A stretch of 64,000 nucleotides of DNA from Chiloscyllium plagiosum (lineage: Eukaryota), in assembly GCF_004010195.1 (NCBI RefSeq), contig NC_057728.1, positions 50,984,048 to 51,048,047 on the forward strand, read 5' to 3'. Below, one piece after another: positions 59,390 to 64,000 of this stretch (within the stretch, counting starts at the first letter, position 1; the number at the start of each line of letters is the position of its first letter). Position numbers and translations under genes: made by a program. The notes beneath the pieces were generated by a model. The model made no database searches. It was not told the origin of the DNA and worked only from the letters and a program-made list of their open reading frames with translations.

Positions 59390-61520
59390 ACTGGTGCTGC
59401 ACTGAGGGAGGGGCTGCACTGAGGTAGGGACTGCGCTGAGGGACACACTGCACTGAGGGAGGGGCTGCACTGAGGGACGGGCTGCACTGAGGGACGGTCT
59501 GCACTGAGGGAGGGGCTGCACTGAGGGAGTGGCCGCACTGAGGGAGGGGCTGCACTGAGGGACAGGCTGCGCTGAGGGAGTGGCTGCACTGAGGGAGGGG
59601 CTGTACTGAGGGATGGGCTGCACTGAGGAACGGGTTGCACTGAGGGACGGGCCGCACTGAGGGAGGGGCCGCACTGAGGGAGGGGCTGTACTGAGGGATG
59701 GGCTGCACTGAGGAACAGGCCGCACTGAGGGACGGGCCGCACTGAGGGACGGGCCATACTGAGGGAGTGGCAGCACTGAGGGATGGGCTGCACTGAGGGA
59801 GTGGCTGCACTGAGGGAGTGGGAACACTGAGGGAGGAGCTGCACTGAGGGAGGGGTTGCAATGAAGGAAGGGCCACACTGAGGGACGGGCCACGCTGAGG
59901 GAGTGGCAGCACTGAGGGAGGGGCTGCACTGAGGGAGGGACAGTACTGAGGGAGTGGTTGCACTGAGGGATAGACTGCACTGAGGGACAGGCTGCACTGA
60001 GGGAGTGGTTGCACTAAGGGATAGACTGCACTGAGGGAAGGGCAGTACTGAGGCTTAGGCAGAATTGTACAGAGGAAACTCTGTGTTGAAGGACTGTCAA
60101 CAATGAGGAAGGGGCTCTCCCATAGTAAGGGAGGGTCAAAACCAAAGGAGGGGCATTTCTGTACTGGAAGAACTCTTTGTTGGGGGAGAGTCAACATTGA
60201 GGGTGAGGCAATCCTGCACTGAGGGAGGGGCTGTACTGAGGAAAGGGCTGTACTGAGGGAGGGGCTGCACTGAGGTAGGGGCTGCATTGAGAGATGGGCT
60301 GCACTGAGGGAGAGGGACTGCATTGAGGGAGGGGCTGCACTGAGGGAGGGACTGCATTGAGGGATGGGCTGCACTGAGGGAGGGGCTGCACTGAGGGGTG
60401 GGCTGCACTGAGGGAGGGACAGCACTGAGGGAGGGGCTGCATTGTGGGAGAGGCTGCACTGAGGGATGGGCTGCATTGAGGGAGGGAGGGGCTGCACTGA
60501 GGGACAGGCTGCACTGAGGGATGGGCTGCACTGAGGGAGTGGTTGCACTGAGGGCCGGGCTGCACTGATGGATGGGCTGCACTGAGGGAGGGGCTGCACT
60601 GAGGGGTGGGCTGCACTGAGGGAGGGACAGCACTGAGGGAGGGGCTGCATTGTGGGAGAGGCTGCACTGAGGGATGGGCTGCATTGAGGGAGGGAGGGGC
60701 TGCACTGAGGGACAGGCTGCACTGAGGGATGGGCTGCACTGAGGGATGGGCTGCACTGAGGGAGGGGCTGCACTGAGGGATAGACTGCATTGAGGGATGG
60801 GCTGCATTGAAGGAGGGGCCACACTGAGGGTGGGGGAGTACTGAGGAAGGAGCTGCACTTAGGGATAGGCTGCATTGAGGGAGGGGCTGCACTGAGGGAG
60901 GGACTGCATTGAGGGAGGGGCTGCACTGAGGGAGGGGCTGCATTGAGGGACGGGCTGCATTGAGGGACGGCTGCACTGAGGGAGGGGCTCCATTGAGGAA
61001 CAGGCTGCACTGAGGGAGAGAGGGGCTCCATTGAGAGACAGGCTGCATCGAGGGAGAGAGGGGCTCCATTGAGGGACAGGCTGCAATGAGGGAGGAACTG
61101 CATTGAGGGAGGGGCTGCATTGAGGGAGGGACTGCACTGAGGGATAGGCAGAATTGTACTGAAGAAACTGTGTGAAAAGACGGTTGAGGGGCAGTCCCAT
61201 AGTTAGGGAGGGTCAAAACCAAGGGAGGAGAAGAAACTCAGTGTTGAGGGAGAGTCAACAGTGAGGGTGAGTCAGTCCTGTACTGAGGGACGGGCTGCAC
61301 TGGGAGGGGGTCAGTAGTAAGGCAGTGCAGAACTATTGGAGGAGCACTACTGGGGGAATGCTGCACTGAGGGTGAAGCAGTGCTTGAGGGAGCACTGCAC
61401 TAAGGGAAGGAGGCAGTGCTGAAACAGTGCAGAACTGTTGGAGAGACAGTACATGAGGGAGCTCTGCACGAAGGGAGGAGGGAGGGAGTACGGAATTACT
61501 GAGGGAGGGGCTGCATTGAG
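59390..61520. repeat. 17-bp G-rich minisatellite (CTGCACTGAGGGAGGGG)n inside a Deu-domain SINE (about 59320-61660)
   Basis: 17-bp period (17-aa repeats in the ORF track equal 3 units); SINE-like head upstream and Deu tail (TTCCCTGGTG..TTTATCCCTCAA) downstream. Confidence 0.9.
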
Positions 61521-62224
61521 AGACATGCCTTTGGAAGAAGCTGTCTGCTATGCTGGGTAGGTGCAAAAGTACTCCTGTTGTTATTTAAATGAAAACCTGG
61601 AGCATTCCCTGGTGTGCGTACCCAACCTTTATCCCTCAATCCAAGATCACCAAAGAGATTAGCTAAACCATAGCAATTCCCTTCCAAAGGCATTGTATTG
61701 AAAGTGAAGTTGGTGAGAACCTGAGGTTCTACTTCTTTAAATGAAAGTTAGTTCTTGATTTAGTGTCTCCAGTAAAGTTTGACTGACAGTGCTTGAATCA
61801 ACCGAAACACAATCTGGTCTATAATATAAGTAGACATGTCCACCGTTATGGCGCACTCTGACCCTGCGATGATTCGGAACCTGCTTGCAAATCCTGAAAA
61901 GGTTACGGACAGTGAGCTTCACAGAGAGTCTTTAAGTTATCCCCTCCATATGGCTGTTAATTATCTCATCACTTCCTGACTTAAGCTGGAGGTTCAGCTC
62001 AGGGAAATGTCAACTGCAACGTTCTCTGAATTCCACTTACGTACAGATGCTTTCTTTTAAGGTGGTTGTTTCTCTGAAGGACAAGTTAGTTATTATAAGC
62101 ACGTGCACAATTTGTTGCAAATCAGACTCTCAGTAGGGCACGCGTTTACCCTTGTCATTAAGCAAGTGGAATCTCATCAGGGTGCATGCTGCAGATTTGT
62201 TGTTCCTCTTTCCTGGGATTTAAG

Positions 62225-62570
62225 TGTCAGTGGCAGGGCCACCATTGGTTGTCCATCCTGAATTGTCCCTGTCCTGAGTGACTTCAGAGGGCAGTACAGA
62301 ATCAACCACATTGCTGTGTGTCTGGAGTCACTCGTAGGCCAGACTGTGAAAAGATGGCAGATTTCCTTCCCTAAAAGGCATTAGTGAACCAAAAGACTTT
62401 CAACAATTGATTTTAGTTTCATGGTAATGATTGCCAAGACTAGCTTTCAATTCCAGATATTATTAATTGGATTTAAATTCCACCAGCTGTCATGGCAGGA
62501 TTTGAATTCCTGTCCCTTGAGCATTATCCTGGGCCTGGGGATTACTGCTATGTCAACATCTTTCTCCTAA
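62225..62570 (-). mobile_element. tRNA-derived SINE family B
   Basis: TTCAGAGGGCAGT..AGAATCAACCACATTGCTGTG.GTCTGGAGTCAC..GTAGGCCAGAC..GGCAGATTTCCTTCCCTAAA. Confidence 0.55.
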
Positions 62571-62778
62571 CTACACTCTGACTCTTCTGTACTGATCACT
62601 TTGCCCATGCCACTGTCAAATTTTCTCTTCCTTGGTTATTTCTTTGCTAACTGTTGACGTCTGTCTTTATCAATCAAACAACACAAAAGCAGCAGACTAA
62701 GTTCATTTTGTGCTGGTGCATTTCTCCACGTCAGCCGCTCAGTGTAATTCCGCAATCTCAACCCAATGTTCCCTGTTT

Positions 62779-62850
62779 AAAATCACACAACACCAGGTTA
62801 TAGTCCAACAGGTTTAATTGGAAGTACTAGCTTTCGGAGTGCAGCTCCCA
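62779..62850 (-). mobile_element. PLE family-3 terminal fragment
   Basis: AAAATCACACAACACCAGGTTATAGTCCAACAGGTTTAATTGGAAG.ACTAGCTTTCGGAG, homologous to 19972 and 30110. Confidence 0.65.
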
Positions 62851-63086
62851 ACATTCCCTGATCGTCCTCCATCACCAATCCCCACCTGATTTTATTGTAA
62901 ATAATTTGAAGACTCAGTTTCAACGCTGGCCACAACTACTGCGTTTTTTTCTTTTGTCTTTACTCTTCTAATTTACTCACGGGATGTTGGCTTTACTAGC
63001 TGGGCCAACATCAACTGCCCAGTCCACATTGGAAAAGGTGGTACTGAGCTGCCTTCCTAATCTGCTGCAGTCCATGTGCTGGAAGT

Positions 63087-63815
63087 AGAGTCATAGAGAT
63101 GTACAGCACGGAAACAGACCCTTTGGTCCAACTCGTCCATGCTGACCAGATACCCTAACTTAATCTAGTCCCATTTGCCAGCACTTGGCCCATATCCCTC
63201 TGAACCTTTCCTAATCATATACCCATCCAGACGCCTGTAATTGTACCAGCCTCCACCACTTCCTATGGCAGCTCATTCCATACATGCACCACACTCTGCC
63301 TGAAAAAGTCGCCCCTTAGGGCCCTTTCAAACGTTTCCCCTCTCACCCTAAACCCAGCTCATGCCCTCTAGCTCTGGACTCCCCCACCCCAGGGAGAAGA
63401 CCTTGTCTATTTACCCTATCCATGCCCCTCATGATTTTGTAAACCTCTGTAAGGTCACTCTTCAGCCTCCGATGCTCCAGGAAAAACAGCCCCAGCCTGT
63501 TCAGCCTCTCCTTATAGCTCAAATCCTCCAAACCTGGCAACACCCTTGTAAATCTTTTCTGAACCCTTTCAAGTTTCACAACATCTTTCCAATAGGAGGG
63601 GGACCAGAATTGCATGTAATATTCCAAAATTGGCCTAACCAATGTCCTGTACAGCTGCAACATGAGCTCCCAACTCCTATACTCAATGCTCTGACCAATA
63701 AAGGAAAGCATACCAAACGCCTTCTTCACTATCCTGAGACTCCACTTTCAAGGAGCTATGAACCTGCACTCCAATGTTTCTTTGTTTAGCAACACACCCC
63801 AGGACCTTACCATTA
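63087..63815 (-). mobile_element. HER1 LINE 3' fragment
   Basis: 128-aa minus-strand ORF (KKAFGMLSFIGQSIEYRSW..KLERVQKRFTRVLPGL) plus 3' tail. Confidence 0.9.
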
Positions 63816-64000
63816 ATCTACAGTGTTGTTTCGCTCAAAATCCTGGAACTTTTCCCTGTGTCAGTGAAGGAATGACAATTTCCAACTCAAAATAGTGAGT
63901 GGTTTGAAGAGATCTTACAGACGGTGGTGTTCCCATGTGCTGTCCGTGTTCAGATGGGTAGAGATTGCAGTTTGGAATGTACTGTTGAAGTTGTGTTAGT

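Noticed and set aside
59215..61222. Long minus-strand ORFs (up to 602 aa), Pro/Ser/Gln-rich
   Set aside because: The C-rich strand of the 17-bp minisatellite lacks stops in all frames; the overlapping ORFs carry the same 17-aa repeat and show no gene structure.

Overview
Eukaryotic, repeat-dense DNA, almost certainly from a shark or other elasmobranch, judged from many HE1-type SINEs, HER1/CR1 LINEs, Deu-domain SINEs and shark-type Penelope repeats recognised from memory (no database search was run). Most of the window is intronic or intergenic and made of decayed transposable elements: about 20 CR1/HER1 LINE fragments, 8 HE1 SINEs, Deu-domain SINEs, one degenerate full-length Gypsy LTR element (10.6-14.8 kb), many Penelope-like (PLE) fragments carrying minimal hammerhead-ribozyme motifs, and Tc/mariner-Tigger MITEs. 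There are two assembly gaps. Almost all long ORFs in the supplied track are artefacts of 33-bp and 17-bp minisatellites or of LINE remnants. Manual splice-site reading gives a phase-consistent chain of small + strand exons (2090-2133, 8778-8837, 22339-22394, 40058-40300), forming the C-terminus of a protein I cannot name. It also gives a weaker convergent - strand exon set (about 53.1-58.3 kb). The most notable patterns are short palindromic, TSD-flanked PLE insertions with covarying hammerhead cores; minisatellites repeatedly born from one segment of the Deu-SINE; and a CR1 LINE with a twin-priming-type 5' inversion. TE boundaries are approximate unless a TSD or TIR is cited.
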